From Parasitella parasitica NRRL 2501 (taxonomy: Eukaryota > Fungi > Mucoromycota), in the NCBI GenBank assembly GCA_025201805.1, contig MU619239.1:5736-69735 (forward strand): a DNA stretch of 64,000 bases. Reading direction: 5' to 3'. The stretch's first letter is position 1. Each line of letters starts with the position of its first letter. Under the pieces are notes generated by a model. It did not search any database. It worked only from the letters and a program-made list of their open reading frames with translations, and was not told the DNA's origin. The position numbers and the translations under genes were made by a program. Shown here piece by piece: positions 27,595 to 48,360 of the stretch.

Positions 27595-28917
27595 ATGAGC
27601 CAACAACATTGTATACCTTCTTCCTCTAGTGAATATCAACAGAATAGTTTTAGCATCTCTACTTACCCTCCACCTGCTGCAAAACTTGAGCTTTCTGATC
27701 CATCTATAGTGTACCCAGGTAAGATTTAGTCGATTTTAGATTTGCCCATCATTTTATAAACATCTAATCCTGATTTTTATATAAAGGCGCTTCATTTTAC
27801 GTTTCTCCAATGACAGCTACTCAACCTTCACCTTCTACTTCCTCTTATTACTACGACAGTAGCAGTAATAAATACCAACAGCAGCAACAGCAACACTTTG
27901 CTCAACAAAGCAGCCCTGATTCAACATTCATGTCGTCCTCTCCTCCCCCTCAGCAGCAACAGCAGCAACCAGCAAGAATCAATACTTGCTCGCCTTCTTC
28001 CATCATGATACAAGATCCTCCCATGCTAGTCGCTTCTTCTTCCTCAACTACAACAACGTCCACAATGTCCTCTTCATCGGTTGATTTTCTGAACGAGGCA
28101 TTTGCAAAGGCTACTTCTTTACCAGAATCTTTTTATCCCGAGTTTTTGCAATATTCTAAAGAGACTTATGAGCAATCTACTGTTGGTGGGCCTAATCGTA
28201 AAAAACAAAGAAGGTCGGTCGAAAATAAAGACAAAGAAGAAGCTAAATTCGAGTCTCCTCCACAGCAGCAACAGCAACAGCAACAGCAGCAACATCAACA
28301 TCAACAACAGCATCAACAACAACAACAGCAGCAACAGCAGCAGCAGCAACAAAATGAGGCTGAAGGCGAATCTGAAAATGATGAGGAGAGTAACAGGTAT
28401 ACTATGCTACATTAATTATTACAACAGATGCTAAATCCTCTTGTCCATTAGCAATATGACCTCTACTGAGCTTCGCAGACAAATTCACATTCAGTCAGAA
28501 CAAAAACGAAGAGCTCAAATCAAGGATGGGTTTGAGGAGTTGAGAAATGAATTGCCTACTTGTTTAAACAAAAAGATGAGCAAGGTTGCCTTATTACATC
28601 GCAGTAAGTATAGTAAAACTTGCAATTTGATTATGCTTTGATTAGCACACAAAAACACTCGCCGCTCACACATAATGAAATAATATAATAGCTGTCCAAC
28701 ATATTCAACATTTAAAAGACACGCAAATGTCTATTCTATCCGAATTAGAAAGGCTTGTTCATGAGAATGAGCAACTTCGCAAGTAAGCTTCTTCTTTTTT
28801 TTTTTTATTGCGCTGTCAGGAACATGCCTTTAAAGTTATCATCATTCATCTAGATTCCAGGAAAGTGTTCTTCAGAAACAAGCGTTAGAGAACATGTATA
28901 CAATGACAAACATGTAA
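27595..28917 (+). CDS. bHLH(-ZIP) transcription factor (Max/Mlx/Ino4-like) with polyQ tracts
   Basis: Spliced RRQIHIQSEQKRRAQIKDGFEELRNELP...KMSKVALLHR.VQHIQHL followed by a coiled coil. The stop codon sits immediately before the N gap. Confidence 0.82.
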
Positions 28918-29107
28918 NNNNNNNNNNNNNNNNNNNNNNNNNNNNNNNNNNNNNNNNNNNNNNNNNNNNNNNNNNNNNNNNNNNNNNNNNNNNNNNNNNN
29001 NNNNNNNNNNNNNNNNNNNNNNNNNNNNNNNNNNNNNNNNNNNNNNNNNNNNNNNNNNNNNNNNNNNNNNNNNNNNNNNNNNNNNNNNNNNNNNNNNNNN
29101 NNNNNNN
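28918..29107. other. Assembly gap (N run)
   Basis: Run of about 190 n characters. Confidence 0.99.
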
Positions 29108-29465
29108 TTTTCATTTTGATACAAATTACTAAATAAAATAATCCAAATTTACGTATAATATATTACCAATCTATTTGTAACTACCAAAAATACAGCCAGC
29201 CAGCCTTATAAACGTGTTGGACAATGCAAGGAAATGTGATTTATTTTTAATTTTCCAGCTTCGATGCATCTGGAAAAACCCTTTAAAGAGAGACTTAGCC
29301 GACCGAATACATACACGAAAAATCTAATCAGGCATATTACAACGTGCCTCCTGACATACCTCGGTATGTTGCCAATAATGAATATCTTGGCTTTTTCTTT
29401 ATTCACTGAGCAAATCACTATTTATATACATTTCTGCACTGGATGATTTATACATGTCAGTCTTC

Positions 29466-31042
29466 CTAATGAAAAGGGCTATTGTTGGTGGAAGCAGTGG
29501 TATTGGAGTCATAACTCGGTGGTGGAGAGGAAGCGGAGACGGTGACAGTAATGCTGTGAGTACTACCATGATGTGCATTAGCACCGGGATTATCAACCAG
29601 TGTAGGTGTGCTGTTGCTAGAATTATTATTGCTATCAGAATTCCCAATGAAAGGTGGTGCCACAGGGGCAGCGTCATTTGCACTCTCTTCCATTGTCGTT
29701 GCCGCTGCTGAGGTATCATCATTCTCGACTATAGCTCCGGAATTCTCAAATACCCAGGCATCCGAGCTATCAGGATCGATACCTTCCATAAAATTGGTTT
29801 TTGTAGCCTCCCAAAAATCAGAGAGCCATTTATAGTCACTGCAGTGCTCCATAAACTTGATCCTTAGAGCGTCAGGATGGCAGAGCTGTGAAGAAGGCTG
29901 TCGTCTATTAACAATCAAGGCAGGTGTGTGGTTTGTGTATAATCGATTGTTGATCCAGTAGAAGCCATTGCCGTCTCGTCGAATCTGCACAAACGCTACT
30001 CCTGATCGATGAATGTATTGATCGTATTTGTATACTTCCTTGATATACGAATATTTCAGGTCTACGCCTTTTGCCTTTGCACGCTCAAAGTTAAAGTCTG
30101 TCTCTACGTCAAGAACGAATTCTAAATGGCGCACAAGCGCAATCTCGTAAAACTGTGCTGGTACGTTAATTTTGGAGGCGGATACAAGTTCATCCACAGG
30201 TGGTGGCGGACATGCCATTGGAATAGGCACAGGACATTGGAAAGGATTGTCATTCTCAGAATCTTCATATGCTTGATCAACAGAGCCCTCTACGAGCTTA
30301 AGTCCACATCGCTCTGCTTGTCTGCCCCAGTTTTGTATGAGTTCCTGAACTAATTGTGCTGTACAACCCAGCCAGTTTAATTGAAAGTGGTAGCAATTGT
30401 TGGGATTGTGAATCGTATCATAGTGCAAAATGGCTGTTTCTCGCCTATCGCTTTTCTTGTACGGATCAACATCAATGATCATGGACTTTGACATTTCAAA
30501 ATCAATACTTTTGGGTGGCGTGCTGGAATGTGTGCTGGGTACTTGATGAAGCATATTGCTATTACCATCAATTACTTTTTCTATAACAGTTGCTATTGAG
30601 CTAACTGCCGAATCCTTTCTTAAAAGTGGTTGCTGCTGCTGTTGTGATTGCTGTTGTGGTTGCTGTTGCTGTTGTGGTTGCTGTTGTTGCTGTGGCTGTT
30701 GTGGTTGCTGTTGCTGCTGTTGCTGCTGTGGTTGCTGTGGTTGCTGTTGTTGCTGTGGTTGCTGTTGCTGCTGTGGTTGCTGTTGTGGTTGCTGTTGCTG
30801 TTGCTGTTGCTGTCGCTGTTGTGGTTGTTGTTGTTGCTGTTGCTGTTGCTGCTGTTGCTGCTGTGGTTGCTGTGGTTGCAGTTGCTGCTGTGGTTGCTGC
30901 TGTGGCTGCTGTTGTGGTTGCTGTTGCTGTTGCTGTTGCTGTTGTGGTTGCTGCTGTGGTTGCGGTTGTTGTGATTGTTGTGATTGTTGTGATTGTTGTG
31001 ATTGTTGTGATTGTTGTAATTGCTGCTGTGGTTGCTGTTGTG

Positions 31043-31135
<93 letters not shown>

Positions 31136-34100
31136 TGGATGGTTTCTTGACTGCAAATTCTTTGTTTACATGATAAAAATAGTTGCCATCCAAGAAGCTA
31201 TGTCGTTTGGTAGCAGAGTGAAATAAGGGCGGCTTTCTTTGCATGAGGGAATTGCCAAACTGAACTGCTTGCTCTCGTGTTGTGATTTCTTCAATCTGCC
31301 CAATGATCCAATCAACGAATTCTGTGCCAGTAAACACATTGCTAAACATTCTGAAATGCCAACGACGATCCATGATTTTGACACCCCCTTTAGAGTCTTG
31401 TAAAGCCATCGCAATATCTTTAGATCTCGAATCTTGAGAAAGACTTTGGCCAATCATGATGGAAGACAAAATGTTGCCATGCGACTTCAATTCATGGGCA
31501 GGCAAGGGTAATGTAGCTCTCATAGCATCGCTAGCAACATATGCAGAGGGATCCATAGTCGTCAACTTGACACCGAGATCGGAAAACCCAATCTCCTTTT
31601 TTCTGCGCTTCAGCAAATCTTCTCGTTCTTCAGGAGTAAGCCATTTGGCTTTACGAATGTTCTGTATCCAAGATTCAAACAAGGCTAGCCGTTTTTCTTC
31701 TTCATTCAGATGGTCGTGAAGAGCTCCTGTAAACGTGATATTGGTAGGCAGCGTTTCACGAGGAATGACTATAAAACGAGCCCTCCAAAAACGCAAGTTG
31801 TCAGTCAACTCCTCTTGATAGCCAGCTACAAGATGGTCCAAGTAATTCCAGGCATAGAGCAGACTAGGGTAGCTAAACACAACGGCTTTTGGTCGATAGA
31901 TAGGCATATTCTTTGGCCATATGGCACACTTGTAGTTACTTTTTCCAACATCAAATTGAATCATACGAACATAGCGTCGTACTTCTACATTTTGCCCTGA
32001 AGAATCAAAGGTGAGCTGGTGTACTTGGTGGCCCATTGAAAGCCACCAAACCATGTGTTTCCACTTGGAATTCCCATTATCATCCTGTGTCCCTTTTCCA
32101 ACAATTGGGACATTGTTGGCACCTAGAGTAGCGAGCTTTGTGTTACCGCCAATTGCCATGGTGGTAGCTAATGCTGTTGTGGCATTGTTGCCGTTGGAAG
32201 GACTACCACCTCTCGTTGAAGTTGTATTATTTTCAGCTTCTTTGCCTGATACTGCGACTGGTGTTGTTGTTGCTGCAGTTGCAGGGTCTTTATTGTAGAC
32301 GCTGCCAAATCCTCCCAGCGTAGAAATAAGGCTGTCGCCTTTTACGGCCGTAGTTTTGGCATATGTTGAGCTATTTGTATTGTCTACAATGATTTGGAAC
32401 CCTTGCGCTAATCTCTGGCTCAACATTTCTATCAACAAGTTTTCAGTCTTTTTGTGTTCAGATAGATTTCTATCGCCAGCCTGGTATAGGTTGGTATCTT
32501 CACTGGCAGAGACTGTGTACATGTAATGGTTGTAATGGCGTGCTAGTTCTTCGTTGGAGGGAAAGTAATCTGTAGTCAGGGGCAGACAAGCTGGCGTTGC
32601 TAGGGATTTCCAGTGCACCACAGGACCGTCGCATTCTTCTGCCTTTGGCAGAGCATGCTGCCAACGTCGTAAATGAGATGTGAAAAGATTCTGATTGTCT
32701 GAAGGGTTGCTTGGATTGATAAGCATGTGTTTGAACGGGTTATGGCGGCTCAGGTTGTGAGAGGGAGACGATCTGTTTGCTGCATTGGCGCCGAAACTCG
32801 TCCGCATTAAATCGCTGTTACCGGATTGCTTGTGTATAGACGGTAAACTGCCAGACAGTACGCCTTGGCGAGGCGACGGATTCAATGGCTTTCGGCTAGA
32901 ATCTGGACGTCCACCAACCCCCTTGTTGTTAATGGGTACTGGATCAACCGTACTGGAACTGACTACCGCAAATTCATCCTCATCATTGCTGGTCTGGTTA
33001 CTTATCTGTAAATGTTGTGTTTGCTGATGCTGCTGCTGTGTCTGCGGGTGTTGAGCCTGTTGCTGCTGTGGCAGCTGTGATTGCGGTGGCTGTGCTAGTG
33101 GTGGGTGATTATGATGATGATTAGAAACATACTTTCCGTCTGTGCTGTTCATAGTGCCTCTGCGAATAGATCTAAATCTGGGAGGGTTGACATTGTCATC
33201 TCTAGTGAGTGTAGGCGACGACCTGAACGGATCCAAGTTACTTTTCTCGTCTTTTCTAGGGGGTAAATGATGGTTATCAAACGGACCTTTGCCACCTATT
33301 TGCTGTGATTGAGAAAGTACAGACGGAATACGACGTTGATCGCCAGTATGATGCCATGTCTAACGATTAAATTAAGCACTATGAGCATCCGTAAACAAAA
33401 AAAAAGAAAAAGCTTACTGTAGTTGCCTTGTGTCTCGCATTTGTATTTTGCCACAACAAATCATTGGAATCTGATCGTTCGGCACCTTCAAAAGAGTTTT
33501 TTGTCGAATGGATTGGTTTCATTGATTTGGCAGAGGTGGGTGGTGGACCTGCCACCATTCGTTTGTTAAATCTTGGCTCAGAAGATGTCTTGAATAGATC
33601 ACTGTCATATGTCTTGTACCAATTGCTCGGTTTTTCCAGGGCATCATTGTTGGTTTTTTGGGGTTGAGTTGCGCCAGCTGCAGCAGGAGTCATTTCTGAT
33701 GCTGCAAAGAAAGATGGGCGTCTAGCGCTACCGGATATATTGGCTGATCTAGAAAGATATGCTTCTCCATTGCCTGTATAGGACTTGCTCTCTTCACCAA
33801 GTCGTAATTTATCGTTTAAACTACTGCTACTTTTATGCTGTCTAATAGAATGGCTCTGGCTGGAGTCTTTATTAACCGATGCTGTCATGGCGGTGGTATC
33901 TGACAAATAAGGTACAGAAATACCACGAATGTCATGCTCCATAATACCCATCATCTGAAGTTCGTACATTTTGCATCTTGTTTTAAATTTGTCCTGTTTC
34001 AAAAACCTTCCCGTTTCATGATGGTAAAAGCTACAATCAACCCAGTGTGGTACAGCATAATATATTTGAGTAGCAGCATCATCTGAGTCTCTGTACAATG

Positions 34101-35743
34101 GATCAACAAAGCCAATCTTTTGATTTGTGGTTGCGTGAATCGGCGGTTTCTCTGGTGAGTTTCCTGACATCATTGGCGGTTTGCCTATGCCACCGCCTCG
34201 AGGCATCAACGTATCAATTACAGGGCCTACAGTGTCTGTCTCTCCTGTCAGAGGTGCATCCATATAGCACATTAAAGGCGTAATATGCAATGGCAGTGGC
34301 GATAGACACACCAAATCCATAGCAATGCCATTATCCGTCATCCGCTCATTCGTTAGTCGCAACAGCTTTTTGTTTACCCAGAATTTGCCAACACTAGGAG
34401 TGATCAATATAATGGATAAGCCTGTCCGCATCAGATCTCTATCCATAAAATGCTGATCAAACGGATTCAGTGCCAAATTAACAGCTTCGAGTACGTTTCC
34501 TTCATAAGCCATGGAAATTCGGCCGCTTACTACTTTGCGACCTTTCTCTGTTCTAAGCAATACATTGGGTTGAAAGTTGAGCTGCTCCTTTTTCAACGGT
34601 CCTATAACAGACATCCAGTCATCTGTTGTCTCCCAATCAGCCAGTACTTTGTAGAAATCCTTGTAATATCTGCCATCCGCTGCTTGGTTGATCAATGGAT
34701 CATCGATCTTTTTTTCGTAAAATACACGAGTAAACAAGACAATGGATACAACATGATTTGTGCCCTCGTCCTTCCATCGACTGAACAAATGCGGGAGAAA
34801 ATTGCTGACGGCCTTTTCAAAATACAGCTCGCCATCCTCGTCAAACTCCCACATTTCGCTCGACATTTGAATGAATAGAAAGTATTTGGCTGATGCAGAT
34901 CTGAAAACCATCCGAGTAGTTTCTGTAATGTATCCAGAAGTTGTCTGCTCGTCGTGTGCGAATAGCCGTTTCACTGTTGCCTTGATTGATCCTGCAAATA
35001 GTATCTTTTTTTCATGATAGACGCAAGTTCCTTTTAGGTTCTGCTGCAAACGCCACATGTCGCTGCGGCCGAGGTACTGTTCCTTGAACGCCAATTCCAC
35101 ATGGTCCAAAGCCACTTGAAGAGGATCAATCTAGTACAAAGAGTGAGATGCAGCTATTTAAGCCTATAGCCTACAAAGGGCCTACCAGTTCCACATAGAC
35201 TTCTTGTCTTGATCTCAAATTGAATCGATCTGCAATATCTTTCGAAATGGAGAGCTTTTTTTTTTTTTTTTGCATGAGAAAGCGGCACTTGGTCAAGACA
35301 ACAACAGCCAAACTTTAACCTACCTGAATCTGCTGCTGCTTTGCGAGGCTCTCTTTATCTACAGAATGTCCTTTCACAATGACAGAATCTAGCTGCTCGC
35401 TTTGATGATCTTCAGCGTGCTCTGATTTAGATTGTTCAGACTGCTGTGTTTGTGTTTGCTGCTGAAGTTGGGTTTGTGTCTGCAGACCCTGATGCTCATG
35501 CTGCTTCTTCTGGTCTTGCTGGTCGCTGATGGTGTTTTGTGATTGCTGCTGCGATGGCTGTATGTTGTTGTTGCGAGGACAGTGGATCCGAAGTAGTTGA
35601 CCATCGCGAAAATTGGCGAAAATCTCAGGATTTACCACAGCCTCATGGTTGTACATGGCACCAGTCTCATGGATCCATAAAACCACCGGCTTTTGTGATA
35701 ACAAAAAGCCCCGGGGCACACTACCATGTGTAGCTGTTGGCAT
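29466..35743 (-). CDS. IML1: GATOR1/SEACIT subunit Iml1/DEPDC5, multi-exon
   Basis: Contains VELAFKEQYLGRSDMWR, FRSASAKYFLFIQMSSEMWEFD, GNVLEAVNLALN, WKSLATPACLPLTTDYFP and QRLAQGFQII. A DEP domain (DRRWHFRMFSNVFTGTEFVDW...FLDGNYFY) precedes HYDTIHNPNNCYH. Confidence 0.93.
30630..31133 (-). repeat. Coding Gln-rich trinucleotide array (CAG/CAA with CCA/TCA interruptions), 168 codons
   Basis: Directly visible. Begins with 30 uninterrupted Gln codons, mostly alternating CAA/CAG (31044-31133). Confidence 0.97.
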
Positions 35744-35911
35744 ATTATATAAAAGTGAACAAAAAAGATTAAATTCCCCCAAGTCAAACGGTTGTAACGG
35801 TATAATTTAGGACCACCGGCTTATAGTTTTACCACTGCGGCTGCCCACATCCCTCAACTCGCAAAATTGCACAGAGTTTTATGTATTGTAAATATTTATT
35901 TATTGCCTTGG

Positions 35912-36868
35912 TCAAAAATCCGAAAATAGTGTCGAACTAATAACGATACCAAGGACTACGATGGCTGTAATTAGTGTGATTGCACTTACAACCAGCTTGT
36001 TGCGCTGCTCTCTTTTACGCAAAAGAGCGTCGAAATCAATGTGTGTGCCGACCAGTGCTTTCTGCAGCAGGTTCAGGTTATCATCGATTACATAGACAAA
36101 TTCCCCTTCTCTGAGCAATACCGGCCATCGACGTCTATACCTCTCAATCACGATATTCACTTCATTTCTCATTTCTGATAGTTGTGTGAATGCAAGCGCC
36201 AAAAGCCGAAGATCCTGGTGTATGTCTTGCACAATGTGCATGACGTGCTGTGTGGTTTTGTCGTTTTTACGGATGCCTCTTTGCATTAATATCTGCACAA
36301 ACACTGAGGGGCAGTCGTCTCCAGTTGAGCTGATGGCTCTCTCTAAATCAAAGGCTGTAGCATGAGGGTTGACCGATTTGATTTGTTCTTCAAATAAAAC
36401 CGAGGTGAAGCGTTGGCTTTCTAGTGTGATATTGATATATTTCTCTAGCAGGTCCTTGTAAGACCTCAGAATGGTCTTGAATCTCTGGTTTCTCAGCTCT
36501 AGATCTGATAACGTTGGTTTGGATGGTTCGACAGTGATGATTGCCTGTCGAATGTAGCTTAAGCGGTCATTTACTAGTGCTGTCTGTCTCTCCAGTATAG
36601 TTCTGTTGTTCTGGGCTGTGTTGTTGTCTATGTCAATGGCATGCTCGTATACTTGTCTTTGGGCATCTCTTATGTTGTTTAAAAGCAGAAGGCTTTCCTC
36701 AATATTGAATATAATGTTGTCTGTTACTACTTTGTAATTGTCATATGGTCTCACATCCAAGATCTGGCTTCCTGTCCTCGGCGCTATTGTTTTTTCGATT
36801 GCAGGTGCGACAATTGTGATGTTCGAAGGGGTATTGAGAGGCTGCTTTTCAATATCGAATTCAGACAT
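35912..36868 (-). CDS. Divergent syntaxin-like (Qa-SNARE-like) tail-anchored protein
   Basis: Habc-like helices, EEQIKSVNPHAT (resembles Sso 'RQ..IV.P.AT'), VQDIHQDL.. SNARE-like heptads and a C-terminal TM helix. Intronless. Confidence 0.65.
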   Translation of the reverse strand: MSEFDIEKQPLNTPSNITIVAPAIEKTIAPRTGSQILDVRPYDNYKVVTDNIIFNIEESLLLLNNIRDAQRQVYEHAIDIDNNTAQNNRTILERQTALVNDRLSYIRQAIITVEPSKPTLSDLELRNQRFKTILRSYKDLLEKYINITLESQRFTSVLFEEQIKSVNPHATAFDLERAISSTGDDCPSVFVQILMQRGIRKNDKTTQHVMHIVQDIHQDLRLLALAFTQLSEMRNEVNIVIERYRRRWPVLLREGEFVYVIDDNLNLLQKALVGTHIDFDALLRKREQRNKLVVSAITLITAIVVLGIVISSTLFSDF

Positions 36869-36991
36869 TGCTCTATCTATGCTTAATAAAAATGAAAGAG
36901 AAAGAGAAATGGAATCTACCAGAGATAGGCTGTAATCGCAAAAAAAATAATTTTATTATTGTTTGGGGGTAACTGGGCTTAGTGTTTTCCA

Positions 36992-38170
36992 TTAGTTGTA
37001 AGATGCATCTGAAGCGTTGTTACACCACAAAGAGGCGTATTCCTCCTCGCTTGATTCAAATAAGCTGATGGCCTTTTCTAGTCCATACTCCACTTGATAC
37101 CCCAATAAGCCTCCTCTTTCGTCGTCCATTGAGACATCACCGTCCTGCTTCATAGCCTTATTGATCAATAGTGGTATCTTTAAAACTAGCTTTGCCATTG
37201 ACACTGATAATGAAAGCCGACGCCACACATCAAAGTAAGATAGGTTTCGTATTTCGTTTTGCAAATCATACAAACGTAACAGCTCAAACTGAGTGATTGT
37301 ATAGTACTTTTGTGAGGCTGAAAATATGTTTAGATCAGTAAATCATGCGATCCGGATTGTATATATTTATATATATATATATATATATGTGCATATTTAC
37401 TCAACAGGACATCTCTAATCTTTAAAAACCCTACTTCTGCAATAGCCAAAATATCGTCGTTTATGTGTATTAACCTATTCGTTTCATTCATGGCATCTGG
37501 ATTACAATATATTTAGTATTTACATTTAAACATATTTGCTTTGTGTGTGTGTATGTCTCACGTATAACAGTGCGTAATGTTTGAAATTCCCCTTCCATGA
37601 TTTCAATGTAGAGCTGTGTAAATATTATATAAATACATATTTGCATAAACAAGACTATTCAACAATGCGATCATTTACTTGTCTAATGACTTGCTGAAAT
37701 ATGTCCACTGCATTATCCTCGGAACAGCAATTTGTATAATGATTTAACCCTGATCTTTGTCTATCGTATGTTAATTTTTTCGTGGGCTGGCTTAGGGTAT
37801 TATAAGCAGTAGAAAGCACTAATGGTAGTTTTGTGTAAATAAAATACTCACAAGGTATGGTTATATCCATCGAGCTTAATACATTTACCTTGAAAACTCT
37901 TTGTTGCTTTAGGATAAGATGGCACGAATTTATCCGGGTGGCATAGTCGACTTTTCTATTACATATTGACAGCTAAATACAATCATGCTGTAAAATGCCA
38001 ACAGACAAAAAAAACTGTACCCGAATATAAGCTCTTCGAATCTCGTCAAAGGAAGAATCATCTGGCAATCCCAATGCCTCGTAGTAATTCGATGCTGATA
38101 AAATATCCTCAACTAAATTGTATTTATCCTCCTTTTCTTTGACATCAAAGACTGATAAATGGCTCATCAT
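36992..38170 (-). CDS. DnaJ (J-domain) protein, multi-exon
   Basis: NYYEALGLPDDSSFDEIRRAYI, then spliced KSRLCHPDKF (HPD motif) and LSTAYNTLS. Confidence 0.82.
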
Positions 38171-38864
38171 AATAAATTTTGTAACCAAGAGAACTGAATG
38201 AAGCTAAACAAGTGATAAGAAACCATTTATATATCTGTTTATTCTGGAGTTTTTAATTAATTCAAAATTAGAATTGGACCTTACAAATGATGGTTAATGC
38301 TTACTATCATTCATGTGGCAAATAACTCCGAATAAGGCCAAGGTCAACTTCATGATATTATACACAATACTGGAACTAATAAACACAACAAGTAACTAAT
38401 GTCGTGGATCTATTCAATGCTCGAATTAATATTGGGTGTTCTTCTACTCTATGCAGTTGGCCCTATAAAATATGCTTGACCAAAATACATAACGTTGATT
38501 CTGCAGATTGCGATTTCAAACACATAAAAGGCCCAGGACCTTGAGCTGTATCGAGTCGCTGCACTAGAAATCATGTATAACCCCAGAATGCAACAATAAA
38601 CAAAAACTCAATATTTACATAGCACTAACCAACAGGTCTCGTTATTGTTTCGTAACTATTTTCCAATAAAGATGTCGGAAATTTCTATTGCACTCTTAAG
38701 AGTTATTATAAAGTAATCATCATAAGCAATAGGTACAGAACCTAATACACTGACAAGAATGCAATTGGTGGCTTAGGGAACTGGAGTATGCATTAAAGGT
38801 TTTTACTTGGTTTGACAAGCAATTCAATTTTTATCACTTGCTATATCAACGCTTACAGCAAATC

Positions 38865-39194
38865 ATGGGTAAATCCGCCAAGTTTTACAAACGACCATCG
38901 AAAAAAGAAAAAGAAGGTCTTGTAATCAAAAAATTGATCGAGCCCACAGCTATCAGTAAGAAAAGTAGCAGAGATACCAAAAAGATCAATGCTCCAGCCT
39001 ATATGCTTATCGACAAGAAAAACAAGACGATTACTCCTACTTCAGCCGACCAAGATGTAGATATGGACATAGAAGAAACTCCTGCTCAGAAAAACAAGGA
39101 AAAAAAGAAGGAAAAGAATGCCGAGTTACCAGATTATGTAGATTTGTTTTCTGGAAAAAAGACATTCAAAAAGATTCCCAAGAAGAGAAAGTAG
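38865..39194 (+). CDS. Small Lys-rich hypothetical protein, possibly nucleolar
   Basis: ATG-initiated MGKSAKFYKRP...PDYVDLFSGKK; strongly basic. Confidence 0.65.
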   Translation: MGKSAKFYKRPSKKEKEGLVIKKLIEPTAISKKSSRDTKKINAPAYMLIDKKNKTITPTSADQDVDMDIEETPAQKNKEKKKEKNAELPDYVDLFSGKKTFKKIPKKRK

Positions 39195-39472
39195 ACTAGT
39201 CAATGCTTCGAATATATACTTTCCAGTGTACATTATTATAATCATCCTTATCACTAAATATGATTCTTATTCAATAAAAGACGACGTAGATTTTGATAAA
39301 AAAAAGATAAATTGAGGAGTGAAAAGTTGCCTTGTTGCGCCACTCTCTAAAGGATTTGGTGGCTAAAATGTATTCATAACGACACAAGGTATACGCTGCA
39401 GATATCAAATAGATAGTTTATTTTATAGAAGAGACAAGAGCTTAGCTGTAATAATAATGAGTGGAATAGTTT

Positions 39473-46821
<7,349 letters not shown>

Positions 46822-47121
46822 ATTCTATTTAACTAGACAAGATGATCAGGATACAAGATCTCTTTTCTTCGAAGAGGATTAACGTGTATTTGTTGCTATA
46901 AATGATAATTACCTCAATAATAGTGTTTAAAAAAAAAGCGAGTATCCTTCTTCTTCTTTTTTTTAACAGAAAAACTTTATTAATGTAGAAGACTATAAAG
47001 TTGATTATGTGAACAAGTTTGTGCGTTTTATAGAAAAAAAATTCTACTGAACGAGGTAGAGCGAGCAGCAACAACCACTCACTCTGTGACTTATGTCGTC
47101 CAAGATCCAATCACATAGACA

Positions 47122-48047
47122 TCAAATAGGTTCAGCAACTCGCACAGCGAAAAGCTGTTCAACAACATCAATTGGAGAGGGCTGTTCATAAGATGTTTGC
47201 AATTTACAAAATCTCGGCTTTATATAGCGTGAGTAGGATAGTCAGTGGTTTGTGATTAACTGCAGCAAACTTACTAAGGACATGACCGATTTAGACCTTT
47301 GAACTGGGAGTATAGGAGGCGGTAGTTCCACTGTCTTATTGCGCTCTTTTCGTTCATGAATCACAGTAGGTATATCTTTGAATATTCGTTTTCTTGAAAA
47401 TGGAGGTCTATTGATGAGAGTTTTTTAATTGCTTTGTTTTGACAAAATGATGCACGTTACACTACGTTTGAAACTGTGGGGATGATAGAGGTTGGTTTGA
47501 TGTGGAATCGGGTTTTATGTTCATCCGTAATGATAGCTATCAGCAAAGTGTTACAAGATGAACTTGGTAAATCGATGGTGATGCTATAATACCTTAATAG
47601 TCGAATTAAATTTACAACTTTGTAACAAAAATCGCTCTGTGGTTACTCCTGAACCAGCGTATTCAGATAAATTTATGGATAATGTTCCAATTTCTTTACC
47701 ACCTTTCTGATAAATGTCGAGTTTCAATTCACAATCGTTGAGCACCTGCTGCTTGCTGATGACCAGCTGTACCATTGTATTAATTGGGTGATTCCATGTT
47801 ATCTGGTGATCTTTGATATGTATTCTAAATGCAGAAAAATTTCTTAGAGATCGTCCCGAGATAAACAATGAATTAATTCTTACCTCTCTGTTGTGCCTGT
47901 TGTATGGGAAGCATTTTTCAGCTTCCAATTGACATAATAGTAGCCGCTTACAAGCGGCACATTGACTAGATCTCGAATAATCAGAGATAATTCGAAATTT
48001 ACTTTGCGGTTTTTCGATACAAAAAGGTGCGTGAAAGGAGTTCGCAT
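47122..48047 (-). CDS. NT-C2 (EEIG1/EHBP1-type) domain protein, multi-exon
   Basis: Contains FELSLIIRDLVNVPLVSGYYYVNWKL, IKDHQITWN, IGTLSINLSEYA and RFLLQSCKFNSTIK. Ends SPIDVVEQLF...EPI*. Confidence 0.8.
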
Positions 48048-48360
48048 GTCTCGAGTGTAGCAGTATCGAGATGTTGAATATCGAAATGAGGGGCAAACAA
48101 GAAAAGGGAAGAAGAGAAGAAAAAAAAAAGAATGGGAGAAGAGGAGGCAAGAATAAATAAATAACAAAAAAAGAAGCTGCTCAGCCTTTTATTGCTACTT
48201 GATCAACAGTTCGTTCGTATATAAAGTATCAATTTAAGCGGGTACACATGCTTTTTCTATCTTGCTAAATGGTGTAGCAAAATATACGTCACTGTTAAAG
48301 CAATTTGAAAGGCAAAAAAACATGGTTAATATTCTTTTTCACTTCTTTTTACAAGCAAAT

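Noticed and set aside
30556-31226. Poly-Cys, poly-Val/Ala, poly-Leu and poly-Asn/Ser ORFs that resemble metallothioneins or membrane peptides
   Set aside because: These are alternative-frame and antisense readings of the Iml1 CAG/CAA tract.
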